A stretch of 64,000 bases of DNA from Octopus sinensis (Eukaryota). Shown in pieces: positions 37,955 to 56,990 of this stretch; the first letter of the stretch is position 1; every line of letters starts with the position of its first letter. The DNA lies in contig NC_043008.1 of the NCBI RefSeq assembly GCF_006345805.1, forward strand, positions 77,128,001 to 77,192,000, written 5' to 3'. The position numbers were made by a program, and so were the translations under genes. The notes beneath the pieces were generated by a model that worked only from the letters and a program-made list of their open reading frames with translations, did no database searches and was not told where the DNA came from.

Positions 37955-38692
37955 GATGTGAGTGACTTTGCGATAGGCCTTTGCCGAACTGTTCGCTATG
38001 AGTAACAGATTGGAAACTGCTGGGTTCGATCTCTATTTCGACTATCTACTGGAGATCGTAGTGGAAGAGGTGGAGTGATACAAAAATCTGATTTCTGTTT
38101 CTGAAATAGCGGTCATCATGTCCGCGTATATGAGATGTAAGTCACTAGGACAAAATCGTCTTTTCTATGAACTTTATCGCAACACGCCAGATTTGTTCGA
38201 TCCTCTGTCGGAACCGACAGCAGACTGTGGGACATGGCTGTTGTGGCAGTCTGGGAAAAGTGGCAGTGCCCTGAGAAGACATGAACAATTTTTGGAAAAA
38301 TTCCAGGTTCGTAATTAAAGATTAAAGATTAAAGGCAGAATTAAAGATTTTTGATGATGGTAATGGAAAAGCAGCTGACACTTATTACAGATATTGTCCT
38401 GTTCCATGGACAAACTTCTTAGATCCCCACATAGGACATTCTATAGAAAACACCATCTCATATGATGTACATGAGAGGCAAATCCTGATATGTCTTGAAT
38501 GGAATACTGATAAATTTTGATTATTTAAAGCTTTCGATAAAATTGACCAATACCTGGGGACTGAGTACTGAATCACTGCATTATGCAGCATCTACCCGGT
38601 GACGGCCATCTGTCGTCTAAGCAGTTTTTCATACACCCCATATAGATTCTCAAAATCGAGCGCTCTACAATAACCGTAGAAAATTAGTATAC

Positions 38693-38726
<34 letters not shown>

Positions 38727-38953
38727 TCACTTGTTTTAAGTCAAAACAACGTGTGTCATAAGAAATGATACACGTCGATGATTATCACTTTTATATTGTA
38801 TTTTAATATATTCGGGTTAAAATGTTTTCCTCAGGAAATCTTCTGAGATATGGAATTGTGAGTTGACTTCTCTGTTCTTTAGTGGTATATATAAAAGAGC
38901 TTCTTTGCACCCACAGTTAATCAGCTGCATGTAACTCTGTTCAGTTGTTAATA

Positions 38954-40022
38954 TTGTGCCGAGTCAAAAGTTTTGTAATATTTTGGTATCATATTTACTT
39001 TAACTTGATGCATCAATTTACAACAAAAGCAGCCTAGCATCAAAAGTAGAGGCCGCCTTCATATTGCACCGTCTGAAATCACCTTTACGCTAGCTCTTTG
39101 ATTCCACGCTGATACCAGTTCTTGTCTTTTGGGGTGAAGAACTCCTTCACTGAAGTTTCTATCTCTTCTTGGTTGATGAAGCGTCGTGAGAGCAGGAAGC
39201 GAGCCATAGATCGGAACAAGTAATGATCTGAGAGAGATGTTTTTCCGGAATCCTGACGTGCAGCGCTTATAATCAGTGGCCAGCTTCCAGAAATTGTCGT
39301 CAAACATGGGTGTTTCGAACACTAGGTGAAGCTCTGCGTCTGATAGAATTATGAGGCTTCAGCTAATTATGGGAACTGGTTCGACGAAAATGATGCTGAG
39401 GTTCAGAGACCCCTGTCTGCAAAATGCAATGCCCACAGTGTATTTCTTCACAGATGGCAATCTAACATTTACCTATTATAAGAAAACAAAATTTTTACTC
39501 CAGCGATCACTCGGAAAGATGCAGAACATCTGGTGGGGAGATCCTGCTCGTGAGATTCATGCTGCTGCTAATGCAAAGGACAGCAAGATCTACCATCTTA
39601 TCAAGCCAGCTTATGGGCCTAAGAATTCTGCATTGGCTCCTTTACTTTTCAAAGAGGATGCTACCCTGCTTACTAAATTTTTTCTGAACTTCTAAACTTC
39701 CACATATTGATTCAGTATGAGTTCCTTCCGGACGGTCAAACCATCGAATGCCAACTTGTACTCTGAAAAGCTGGAGCAGATGTATGTCATCGAACAGCAA
39801 AAATATCCAGCATTGGTTAAAGTGAAATATTTTGTAGAAAGGCAGCACAGTGAAGAAGTTCTTCGTCTCGACGGACAAAACAGGAATCAGCATGGGATCA
39901 AAGAGCTGGCAGAAAGGCGGCTTCGGACGGTGCAACTCGATGGCCTCTACTTTGAATGCAAGGCTGCTTTTGTTGTAGTTTGACGAATAAAGCAAATATT
40001 GTAAACTTTTGACACAACACAA
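38954..40022. mobile_element. Composite of two tail-out mariner 3' halves enclosing an RTE fragment
   Basis: TA-flanked mariner-like TIRs TTGTG..G(A/T)GTCAAAAGT. The left half (minus) gives SDHYLFRS...FFTPKDKNWYQRGIKELA, and the right half (plus) gives GIKELAERR...DGLYFE. 39364-39698 is similar to RTE 44771-45107. Confidence 0.7.
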
Positions 40023-43000
40023 TATATGATGGTAGATCCGATGTAAGATTCATTACATTTCGTTCATGTGATTTTATGCACCACGTAGGATTCGCGGGCG
40101 TATGTTTTCGTTTTTGATCGGGAAGTTAAGCAGTGTAGATATGGCATTGTTTAGTGTTAGCCCGTTTTTAGCTAAGTCCTTCCTCAGGGAGGATCCGGAA
40201 TGCACCAGTTGTATATTCAACCCCTTCCTACAGGTCGTTAGGCAGATTGTAGCAGTTGTTCTTCATTAAAATGTGGCAGTTTCAAAAAACACACGTTATC
40301 TCTGGATGTATAAGTTTTTGTTCGATGGTCTGGTGGTGATGTCCTGGCATTTAGAGAAAGAGTTTAGGTTGTCATTCTTCCTACATACTTTTCTAAATTG
40401 TATGGTGTTGGTCATTTTATTTCCTGTCTCACTGCATTTATTGTGTATCCGGTGTATTTAACTTCTAACGTAAGCTATCTTAGCTCTGATGGGTACGGAT
40501 GACTTATAATGTACGAATAGACCGCTGCATAGAAACAGCAGAGAACACGGCCTTTGTACAGGTCAAATATGTCCCAAATATTTTTGAACTGATCGAAATG
40601 TTTGTTTATATATGTGTATGTGTGTGTGTGTGAATACATACCTATGCATGCATATATATATTTATACAAAAACACACACACACACACACACATATATATA
40701 CATTTATACATACATTCATAATACACACATACATGCATACATGCACACGTACGTATGTACATAAGTATGTATATAATCTGCAAGATATTTCTCATATGTA
40801 CTTACGTATGTATCATAATTATTTTTCATCTGCTACAAAATACAATCCTTAACTATATATTAGAGTTATTATTCCAAATAAGATATTTTGTGCATCATAA
40901 CGGGAATTAGCTAGCATTGGAAAGATCTGAGGCTTAAATGATCCACATATTGATTTTACCCTGGGTGCAACGAACGCCAGTTCCTGCCCGGCTCCGGGTA
41001 GAGGTATCTCTACTTGATATTCTATGTAACGGATAAAGGTTGAGTGTGATACAGTTCTATAGGCAAATAACGATGTAAAGTTTTAAATCAAAACTATGAA
41101 TGTAAAGCAATATTTTTTTAAGAACGAAAAAGAAGGAAGAAAAGGGAGAAAAACAAGATAGGAGAAAGAAAAATTAAAAGATTAAAAGGGAAAAATAGAA
41201 AGAAGATATTTGCTGCTCACTTTTCAAGAAAAATGTTACTTATAAGAGAAAGGTTAACGGTGATATATGTTCGATAGCTGGGAACCAGTTGGAGATCGAT
41301 CTCACTAACTAGACGTTTCCCCTTAATTTATCCAACATGGCTGACTTTTAGAAAGTAAGAAATATTTGCAATAAATGATAGATGGCGGATAACAGAATGC
41401 CGAACAAAAGGTCTATTTACGGACTAAAGTACAAGTAACGCCGCCGCTACCTCCACCACCACCCTCATTGTCTTTATTTTATTTTTCCTTTCTCTGGGTC
41501 AATAAAAAATATCAATCAGAAGCAGGAATTGATTTAATTGATCTGTCTTTTTAGTGATCAAATCATGATTAGTTCGGAACAAGTTTGAATGATAAGGTGG
41601 ACATTGAGTGAGGTTACAATAAGGTGGAGATTATTAGTAAACTAATTAGCAGATTCATTAATTTGAAAGTCATTTAATCAATCGATCGATAAATTAATCA
41701 AAGTAGAAATAACAAGAATGGCAGTTTGACGTATGTATTAGTGGCTGTCATCCTTCTCCAGCAACGTAAATTGCTTATTTAGGTTTTCTTGATTCTCGAA
41801 TTTCCTATTTGGAGTTTTTCGAAAATTGGAAAATGTTTTAGAAAAGATATTAGTACACAGAAAGTGAAAACGAGGGGAAGAAGCATGTGTGTGTGTGAGG
41901 GTGCACACGAGACTCTGTGTGTGTGTGGGGGGGGCATGTTTGTGTGTAAGTGTGCGTGAGGGCGTGTGTCCAGGTTGGCGACCTCTTGGCACTAAAATGG
42001 TATTTACTAAGCAACAGCTGTCAGCTTGGAATATAGCTCAACGCTGTTGTACTTGCTTCTACTTTCATTTGTGTGTGTGTGTATGTGTGTGTGTCTGTGT
42101 GTGGGGGGAGGAGGGCGTGTGTGTATGTGTATGTTTGTGCGCGTATGTGCATGCGTACGCGTTTGTGTGTGTAATATGTGTAACATAAAACATATTTATA
42201 GGTTTTCACTGCAATGGAACTGGGAAATATATATATATATAGAACTAATGCATCAATCATACATACACACATCCACATCTACATATACATACACAAATAT
42301 AGACATACATGCATATATACACACATATGCGCATATAGACAGACACACAGACACACGTACACATATACACATACATACACATAACACATACACAATTATA
42401 CGCACGTACACACAGAGACATACATATATACATACACACGTATGCACATGAACATATAGACACACACAGTTATGGTTCTGCATTTTCTCTTCCAATTGTG
42501 TAATGTACATCTATGTATCCGAGCAAGCATGTGCGTATCTATGTACGTGTGTACATGAGCAGTATTTGTCTGTTCGACAGGCAATGATGTATATACGTTA
42601 CTGATCCATTTATTTAAGCCCTTCTGCACATTAAAAAAAAAACACATTCTAAAAATTTATTTTCTTTATTTCTTTCGCATTAAAAAATTTTTTTTCAACG
42701 ACTATTTTTTTATCATTTGATTTTGAAATTGAATATATCAGCATAGATGAATGTGTTCAGGTTTATATTTGCATGCTTCTTTGTATACATCCTTGCATAC
42801 ATGAAATTATATATGAGTGTCCTATAACTACAATGTAAGCTATTGTGTATATGCATATACATGCACAAATATGTGCACGCATGCGTGCGCGTGTGTGTTT
42901 ATATATAGTAAACAAAGACGAATAGATAACTCAAAGCATCACAACACTTGTTTCAAGAACATAGTTTATTCCCGAATGGTGGACTCTCCCACAACTTGGT

Positions 43001-43126
43001 ATCTTTACTTTGATCTGGAGCTGAGCATTGGTTAGTAAGAGACGTTCTTTGGTGCTGACTGTCGATCATGAGTAGGCTTATGCTTTCTACTGTGGACACG
43101 CACGCACACACACACGCACACACACA

Positions 43127-43169
<43 letters not shown>

Positions 43170-43639
43170 CACACATGTATGTATGTATGTATGTATGTAT
43201 TAAACAAACATAGCTATGCATCGTACTTAATGTAATTATATCGTTGAAAGGCAAATTTCGTCCGGAGGTAACATCTTTTATGGGCGAGTTCTGTTTAAAA
43301 ACACAGAATATACTGGAGAGAGATGAAAATCTTCCTACCACCGGTTAGCGAGAACGCCAGATTCATTTCGGCCTCGTTGGACTTCGTCAATGGTGTCTAC
43401 TCACAGAAAACTGCGCATGCTTAGATGAGATTTCTCCCTTCTGTATCATAGGAAAGTAGGGTAGAGAATTCTTTCTATGCAAATATACCTACATGTATGT
43501 GAGTGTGTACGTGTATGTGTGTGCGTGTGCGTGTGTGTGTGTGTGCGTGTCTGTATATGTATGTATGTGTGTGTGTGTATGTATGTATGTATGTATGTAT
43601 GTATGTATGTATGTATGTATGTATATATGGATGGATGGA

Positions 43640-46600
43640 TGGATGGATGTATTGCTGCGTTGGTACCTGAACAGCTCCGTTTGAAGAGGGCACTTCGCAC
43701 CCGGCGACCGGTGTGGCTCCAGAAAAGGTGGACTAAAAGTTGCCTGTCTTTTTCTGTCTGATCAGTTTAACGCGACTGGTGGATGTCCACCTTGCGCGCG
43801 GAAAATAGAGAAAATATTTTTAAAATCTGGCTGGAAGATAAATATTTCATGTTGGAATGTGCGTTCTTTATTAGATAAGAAGAGTGAACATAGGCTTGAG
43901 AGACGTACTGCACTTGTTGCTCGCGAATAAACAGATACAACATAAATCAGCTGCTCTTTCAGAGATTCGTTTGGAAGGTGATGGTCAGCTTGATGAGGTT
44001 GGGGTGGTTACATTTTTTTTCTAGAAGGGGGAAAAAAAGGAGTATAGTGAGGCTGGCGTTGGTTTTGCAGTTCGATCTGAAATCCTCAAGAAGTTGGAGG
44101 AGCTTCCTATCTCTATAAACGACCGTTTGATGACTGTGCTCCTGCATTTGTGAGATGGACGATTTGCTACTCTGATTAGTGACGCTGCTCCTTCTCTGAC
44201 TCATTCTCAAAAAGATAAAACAACTTTCTATGCCTAGCTGAGAGCTGTACTCAGGAAAATTCCCAAGGCATACAAATTCATTCTGCTAGGGGATTTCAAT
44301 AGCTGGGTTGGAACACATTGGTAAGCATGGAAGTCTCTTGGGTGTTGCAGTGTAGGAAGATCTCATGCTCCTACAGCTTTGCGATGAATATGGCCTTTTC
44401 TTTGCTAGCACTAACTTTACACACAAATGTGATTACACAACAATATGGATGCACCCAATGCCCATCGATGCACTTGCAGGGTTATGTTATCAACCGCAAG
44501 CGTGATATCTGTAATGACAAGTCCTTTCAGGGACTCTGAGAGTGTTGGACAGACCACTTCTTGGTGCGAGCAAAATCCCTGACGGTAACCAGAGTGAAAG
44601 ATAGAAGAAAGTAAGCTGGGGTTTCTCGGCGTTTAAATGTTCGTAAGATATATGATCCAACTGTGAGGAAGGAACTTCGGGATCGTTTATCCAGCATCGA
44701 AGATACTACAACTTGAGCAGAATTTTAGATTTTTCAATGCACAGCTGAAACACTTGGATATGCTACAGGTAATTATGGGGACTGGTTCGACGAAAATGAT
44801 GCTGAGGTTCAGAGACCCCTGTCTGCAAAATGCAATGCCCACAGTGTATTTCTTCACAGAGGGCAATCAGTTGTACAGAAGAATCTAACATTTACCTATT
44901 ATAAGAATACAAAATTTCTACTGCAGCGATCACTCGGAAAGATGCAGAATATCTGGTGGGGAGATCCTGCTCGTGAGATTCATGCTGCTGCTAATGCAAA
45001 GGACAGCAAGAAGATCTACCATCTTATCAAGCAAACTTATGGGCCTAAGAATTCTTTTCAAAGAGGATGCTACCCTGCTTACTAAATTTTTTCTGCACTT
45101 CTAAACTGTTAGTCAGTTATAGATGATGCTGCAGTTGATACTGTTCAACAAACACCTATGATCAACTCCTTGGACCCTGCACTCTCAATATATAAGGTAG
45201 TAATAGCCACATGCAAGTTGAATCTTGGTAAAGTACCTGGTAAAGACGGAATTCGCGCTTAGGTCTTGCATTTTCGAGCTTATTTCCGAGCTTATTAGTG
45301 TAGTCTGGGGGAATGGTACTGTTAGCAAGGACTGGAAGGATGCTATTATCCTTCCTCATTGTAAAAGAAAGGGAGTCAGAATAAAGTGTGGCAACCATAG
45401 CGATATTGTGCTGCTGGTAAGGTGCCGGTAAGTATCCTTCTTGCCCACATGAATAAATACCTTGAAACTGGCGTTCTATCTGAATTTCAATGTGGCTTCC
45501 GTTCTGATAAAGGAACAATGGAAATTATCTTCACAGCAAGACAGAGGTAGAAGTGCTATGAGCAAAATATAGATCTTGTCCATATTTTCATTGATTTAAT
45601 CAAAGCTTTCGATACTGTTTCTACAGGTTGTCCGAGTTACTTTGATACAGTTTCCACTTGGTTGTCCAAGTTACATTGTATCGATAATTAAATCATTTCA
45701 TGATTGGATGGCGGCATGGGTCAGTGTCGGCAGTGCTATGGCGGGACCTATCTCTGAAGAAAATGGTGTCAAGCAAAGCTACATCCTTGCCCCAACTCTC
45801 TTTTCTTTGTATTTTGCTGCTACTCTCACTCATGATTTTGCTCCTCTGAGATATATGTGGATATATGAGTCAGGTACCGAACGTCTCTTCAACTTGCATC
45901 AATTTACTGTCACTTCGGAAAATTCTCAGTCTCTTATTCATGACTTCCTTTATGCAAATGATCACAACTTAGTTGCTCATACAGCTGAAGACATGCAATT
46001 TTTCATGAATCATATTTTTGCATCTTCTAAGGCATTTAAACTCAGTAGTCAATGTTCCAGCCTTCGCCAGGAAACCTATCTCTGAGACCATCTATTTTAG
46101 TTGAGGAACAGTACAGAAAGTGATAGACAAGTTTGTCTTCCTAGGCAACAAACTCAGCCGCTGACTTCAGAAAGGTAATTGACTCCTTCAAGGTTCCTGA
46201 GTCTTGTTCAAACATAGCATCACAAGGAGAACAAAAATTGCTGCGTACCGTGCATTTGTCCAGACGTAGCTACATTACTCATGTGATACATGAACCTTTT
46301 ACAGGTATCATGTAAGGGTCCTTAAACGTTTCCATCAGAGAAATCTGAGACATTCTGAATGTTGGCTGGTCCTGAGCTTTGAAGCGATGGTGCACAGGCA
46401 CCATTTACATTAAACTGGACACCTTATTTGTATGAATTATTGGAGGATCCCTAAGCAGATGCTACACTGTGAACTTGTTTGTGAAAAGCGCCCTCAGCAG
46501 AAACCAAGGCTACAGTTTAAAGATGGCATAAAATCCTCGGTGAAAGCATGTGTGATATGGTAGGCAAGCTGAGACATCAATGCGTGTCATCGGTACTAAT

Positions 46601-46875
46601 AGAGGGAACGAGTAAAGGAAGGAATAGTTATTTTTGATTTTAAAAAAACCATTCATTTTGCATGCTGAACTTAAGCGAGCGACTCAAAAGCCCGCCGCCT
46701 GTTTACAGAATGGGGGAAGTTTCGTTTGCAGTATTTGTGTACGCTTATGTCTATTACAAGCTAATCTCATTAGTCACCAGCGGAACCATAAGTGTAAAGT
46801 ATAATTTTGTCTGAATGCACAGTGTTCTTAGTGGTCATTAATGTCATTTTCTGGTCACAAGCAGACAGCCATCAT
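43640..46875 (+). mobile_element. RTE-clade LINE, near full length, heavily decayed
   Basis: WNVRSLLD...ERRTALVARE (APE); DWFDENDAE...MQNIWW; GVKQSYILAPTLFSLYF; FLYAND (YADD remnant). Flanked by (TATG)n. Confidence 0.85.
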
Positions 46876-46876
46876 C

Positions 46877-46963
46877 GTGTATGTATGTATGTATGTATGT
46901 ATGTATGTATGTATGTATGTATGTATGTATGTATGTATGTATGTATGTATGCTTGTATGTATG

Positions 46964-46997
<34 letters not shown>

Positions 46998-47007
46998 TGT
47001 ATGTATG

Positions 47008-47041
<34 letters not shown>

Positions 47042-47100
47042 TGTATGTATGTATGTATGTATATATGTATGATGTATGCATGTATGTATGTATGTATGTA
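46877..47100. repeat. (TATG)n microsatellite
   Basis: Direct reading. Confidence 0.95.
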
Positions 47101-47629
47101 TGCCAATGTAAGTCCTATTGTAGCGTGATTGTATATATGAGTGTGTAGCAATATTTGTACAAATTGATGTGTTAATATATATATTAGTCCATAGATGAGA
47201 TCCAGAGATTCTCCGTATAGACGGCACTTAGCAGTGCTCAAAAGATTCAAACTTAGACTCCGATTTTTTTTACAGAGTATCGTTTCCACAAGGTAAAGAA
47301 AAGCTACAAGAGAGATCAAGTTGAGCGGGTATAGAGGCAATTATGCGCATAAACTATTAGACGCATTAAATAGTCTGGGTAAGAAGTGCAAAATATGTAC
47401 ATATGTATACATGTACAACGAGAGGAAGCAAAAGGTAGAGACATTCATCCTTCCGGGGTCGATAAAATAAGAACCAGTTGACTACTGGGATCGATGTAAT
47501 CGACTTAGCCCATCTTCCATGATAGCTGGCCTTGTAGCAGAATTTGAAACTAATATATATATATATGATCGTATGTACAAGTATATGCTTATGTACCTCT
47601 GAGTGTCCTGTGATATATATATAATATAT

Positions 47630-47705
<76 letters not shown>

Positions 47706-48082
47706 GTATGTATATGCGTGTGTGTGCGCACGTGTGCGTGTGCGTGTGTGTGTGTGTGTGTGTATGTGTGTGGTTGCATATTCGTGTCTATACGTATGCA
47801 TGAGTATGTTATATTTCATTGACTGCAGTTTTCTCGACCCTTCCCTCAATTTCGCAAGCAGATTATTCGAAACGTCCAAGTTTCACGCGAGTCTCCAAAA
47901 GTCATTTTCAATTTAATTTACAAAAAAAAAAAGAAACGAATCAATTTCTCTAGAATAACGAGCTCTCAGGTTTGAAGTCATCTTCAAAAATGCCACGAAC
48001 ACAACTCTCGGCCTTTGAATCACTCATGAAACTTTCTGCCGGTTCAAAAATAAAAAGAGCACGAAAACGTATACTGTGTGTA

Positions 48083-48140
<58 letters not shown>

Positions 48141-48409
48141 TGTTTGTTTGTGTGTATGTGTATGTGTGTGTGTACGTGCGTGTGTAATATTGCATGTATA
48201 CCTCGTAAATCCAGAGCTGTTAATGTCCTGTACTCCAGAATATTGCATTCCCAACAATTCGACGATACTCCATGAAGAGGCTATCGACATATGCACATAA
48301 TCTGTGTGTGTATGTGCGTGTGAGTGTGTGTGTGCGTGCGTGCTACGTGCGTGCGTACGTGTGTCTATGTGTATCTGAGTGAGTGTGTGTGTGTATGCGC
48401 GTGTGTGTA

Positions 48410-48900
48410 GTTGAAATTTATAGAAAAACAAATTACGAAGACAGGTGTATGAACAACAAGCAAGTGTATTAGTTTGACGCTCGGGAAAATGAGAATGTCT
48501 TTTAATATTTCCAGCCTACGCTTTTCAAGAGAAAAGAGTAAGAGAAAATAAACAGAGAAGGAATGAAAAAACTTGTAGATTTCAGCGGTCCAACATAGCA
48601 AGCAAATCAAAAACAAAAACAAAAACAACAAAACGAATGTATTAGGTGACGCTAAGTTTAAGCTGGAAAAAGAGGGTGCGTGACGTTTCGAGCATGGTTC
48701 TTCGTCAGAAAGGAGAAAGAGGAAAAGTCCGGAGAGAAGGAAAAGTATTGTCCGAGAAAAACGCGTGTGTGGTTACATGGCTGTATGGATACACGCACGG
48801 GATGGTAAGAAATGAGGTGGGCTTCGTGTGAGGATGTACGCAGGAGGGTGCACAGATAGAGGGTAAGGGTATAAAGATATCGGATTAGCGTTACAATAGT
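48410..48900 (-). mobile_element. Pseudo-LTR-like fragments with a degenerate minimal hammerhead (48678-48710)
   Basis: The minus strand reads CUGACGA-A-GAACCAUGCUC-GAAA-CG-UC, and stem I is broken. 48410-48600 is similar to 31220-31400. Confidence 0.45.
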
Positions 48901-49686
48901 ATAAGGATATCGGATAAGTGGTACAATGATCGTGGGGTCCACACGTCCAAGTCCCTATTTAGTAGTAGTGCAATGTAGTGTACTAATGTACCTCTCTGTG
49001 GCTCAAGCATTTCTTAGTCCGGTAACATGGGAACGTCCCTGTCTTTCGGTGTACGCAGTAAATCCTTATTTAGCTTCGCTTGTCAGAATGAGATAACCAT
49101 TAGCTATATTAATCCCCAACCGTTCCTTTGTGCATAACCCACACTGTGACTTAATTCTCCGGTAAGATATTACGTGCTCAAATACCAACCAATTCAATTT
49201 ATTGTTAATCCATTTATTGCCTAATTCTTCGGCGTGGAGAAGGAGCGTCTATGCAGAGAAATACATTGTTTCACGGGGGTGACTGTGGCCCCTACATAAA
49301 ATTTGGTGCTATAATATGTGACTACCTCACATTCACGACAATGATAAATAAGCATTGCCACTGCTTGAGGCAAGAAGGAGGGATCCGACAGTTACACCTG
49401 GGCAGCGTAACTTTTACGAAGTGTTATTCAGAATTTCATGTAACAGTTCCCGCAGACAGTCGTTAGCATTAAGTATAATACAATATTCAGTATAATACAA
49501 TATTTATAAGATTTATGAATTATTGTATCAGTTTGAATACTGACGAAACATTGCCGAGCGGTGAAGTGAAACTCTGAGTAACAGTTAGTGAAATTTTTTC
49601 AGCTTCAATAAAATAAGATTTTACTCTAAGTTTGGTGTTTCGATTATTGTTTTCCCCAGCGTATTTTGCAGCTATGTGCTCACATT

Positions 49687-49734
<48 letters not shown>

Positions 49735-49762
49735 TGTTTGTGTGTGTGTGCACGCAGATAGG

Positions 49763-49812
<50 letters not shown>

Positions 49813-49991
49813 TGCTCAAGGTCGATTAAATAAGTACCAGTTACACACTGGGGTCGATATAATCGACTTAATCCGTTTGTCTGTCCTTGTTTGTCCTCTC
49901 TGTGTTTAGCCCCTTGTGGGTAGTAAATAAATAGGTATATACATACATATATGTTCACCGCATAAATATAGATACACATGTTCGTACGCTT

Positions 49992-50041
<50 letters not shown>

Positions 50042-50456
50042 TGTGTGTGTGCGCGTGTGTGTGTATGTGTGTGTATGTGTGTGTGTGTGTGCGTGTGTGT
50101 GCGCGAGTGAATGTGTACAAGATGTGGCTGTATTTGTGGCTGTCAGTCTTCACTGATAACTGACAAAAATAAACTTAGAGACAAAAACAATATCAGCAAC
50201 ATTTGTCACTGCTATTACTACTACTACTACGACTACAACTATTACTACATGACAGTGTCACTACCGCCATCATTATAATCGCCACACAATACTCACGTCA
50301 CCATCACCACCATCATACTACCACCACCATGGACAAACAGACGAAAATAGTTAAGACTAAAATAAAACAAGACAGAACATAGACAGCAGTGGAAATATGT
50401 GAAGGGTACCGTATTACTCTTTCTCTCTCTCTCTCTTTCACACACATATACATGTA

Positions 50457-50587
<131 letters not shown>

Positions 50588-50654
50588 ATATATATATACA
50601 TATATACATATACATATATATATATATCTGTGTATGTGTATGTATATGTATTCT

Positions 50655-51010
50655 TTTATTCTTTTACTTGTTTCAATCATTTGGCTGCGGCCATGCTGGA
50701 GCACCGCCTGTAGTCAAAGAAAATCAACTCTAGAACTTATTCTTTGTAATCCTAGTACTCATTGTGTCGGTATCTTCTGCCGAACCGCTAAGTTACCGGG
50801 ACGTAAACACACCTGCATCGGTTGTTAAGCGATGGTGGGGGTGGATAAACACAGACAGACACACACTTACACAGACAGACACACACTTACACACACACGC
50901 ACACACAAACACATACACAATCCATTCACAAGGCTTTGGTCGGCCCGAGGCTATAGCAGAAGACACTTTCCCAAGGTGCCACGTAATGGGACTGAACCCA
51001 AAACAATGTA
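50655..51010 (+). mobile_element. OR-type SINE-related fragments
   Basis: GCGGCCATGCTGGAGCACCGCC and GGCCCGAGGCTATAG family motifs. Confidence 0.65.
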
Positions 51011-51173
51011 GTTGAGACTAGCAGAGGCACGCGGCGTTGCCCGGAAATGAAATTGTCTTTTTATATATTGTAAGAAAAAAGTAAAATATGTTATATAGAA
51101 ATTTGTTATTCTAAATTCAATTTATTCTTCAGTTGGGATACAATTTATTATTTAATTTGTAAATCAATTCTGA

Positions 51174-51254
<81 letters not shown>

Positions 51255-51255
<1 letters not shown>

Positions 51256-51952
51256 CAGTCTTCTAGCGCCTACAGAGTACCTTAACAGGCAAGATAGAGC
51301 TGCACAATATATTCACTGGGTAAATTGCAAAAACCTGGATTTGCTCCATGAAAAAAACTAGTGGGAACACAATCCACCCCCAGTGCTTGAAAATGACCAC
51401 ATCTCACTCCTCTGGAACTTCACCATTCACACTGACAGAAAGATAGATGCAAATAGGCCAGACATCATAGTGAAAGACTTCAGACAAAGAACATGCCTCC
51501 TCATTGATATGACTGTCCCAATCGATATAAACGTATCTGTCAAGACCTACCAAAAACTGAGCAAATATAAAGATCTTGAAATAGAAATCAGCAAAATGAG
51601 GAAGCTGAAGACTAAAACAATACCTGTTGTTATAGGTGCCCTGGGAATGATAGCGAAAGGGACTGATTGTTACCTAACTCAGATACCAGGAAACCCCAAA
51701 ATGGCAGAAATTCAAAAGATAGTGCTCATGGGAACTGCTCATATCCTACGCAAAATACTCCCTATGTAATCTCAAGGTTTAAAACAAAAGTTTTTTTTTA
51801 TGTATTAGACATTCACTAGTACAACACAAAAAACCCCAAATATATGGCACACTAGGCATAATAACAACGTGAACTTCCAACCTGTTGTCTCTTGAGGTCT
51901 CTGGGTGAGACTTGGAGCCAACTTCTACAGATATAAAGCAAAAGTCAAACAT
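51255..51952 (+). mobile_element. 5'-truncated R4/Dong-like element (RLE domain plus 3' UTR) in (TAA)n
   Basis: RPDIIVKD...LLIDMTVP...EKLSKYKDL-type segment, near-identical to 55700-56434 and flanked by (AAT)n on both sides. Confidence 0.9.
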
Positions 51953-56546
<4,594 letters not shown>

Positions 56547-56558
56547 TATAATAATAAT

Positions 56559-56990
56559 CAAGCCAATGTGATGAAAAATAGTGTAGATGCAAAGTGCCGA
56601 TACTGCAACGATAGGATAGAAGCAGTGGACAACCTAATCTCTAGATGCAAGGTTTTAGCACCTGTAGAGTGCAAATCAAGACTTGAGTGAGTTGGCCAAC
56701 ATCTACAATCTGTCGGCATTATAAAATTGAAACTGCTGACAAATGGTACAAGCACCACCCTGAGGCTGTAACTGAGGGAGAAAATACAACTATTCTTTGG
56801 ACTTCCTAGTAATGCACAGATCGTACAATCAGAGCAAATAAGCCAGATATTATTGTGAATGATCAAAACAATAAAGTCTGTTTATTGATTGACATGAGCA
56901 TACCCTGTGACCATAATATCTCGACAAAAGAATTTGATAAGCTCAGAAAATAAAGATTTGTTAATGAAAATCGAAAAGATGTGGTTGCAC
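56559..56990 (+). pseudogene. Diverged RLE-element 3' fragment (second subfamily) following (AAT)n
   Basis: CRYCNDRIEAVDNLISRC; RANKPDIIVND...LLIDMSIPCD. Frameshifts present. Confidence 0.8.

Noticed and set aside
37060-38600. Possible LINE remnant around the second hAT MITE
   Set aside because: It is too decayed to recover diagnostic RT motifs by eye.
40114-40136. GATCGGGAAGTTAAGCAGTGT, similar to part of 5S rRNA
   Set aside because: Only ~20 nt match and there is no flanking 5S sequence or C box.
41738-41880. Possible exon (RKFENQENLNKQFTLLEKDDSH, minus strand)
   Set aside because: The acceptor is weak, no homology was recognised, and the upstream ORF is microsatellite-derived.
43640-43800. 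HDV-like ribozyme expected at the RTE 5' end
   Set aside because: I found a hairpin (CACCCGG/CCGGTGTG) but could not build the nested double pseudoknot by eye. A descriptor search would be needed.
47835-47880. LDVSNNLLAKL, resembling a leucine-rich repeat (minus strand)
   Set aside because: It is a single motif with an in-frame TGA immediately upstream, no usable splice acceptor and no further LRR units.
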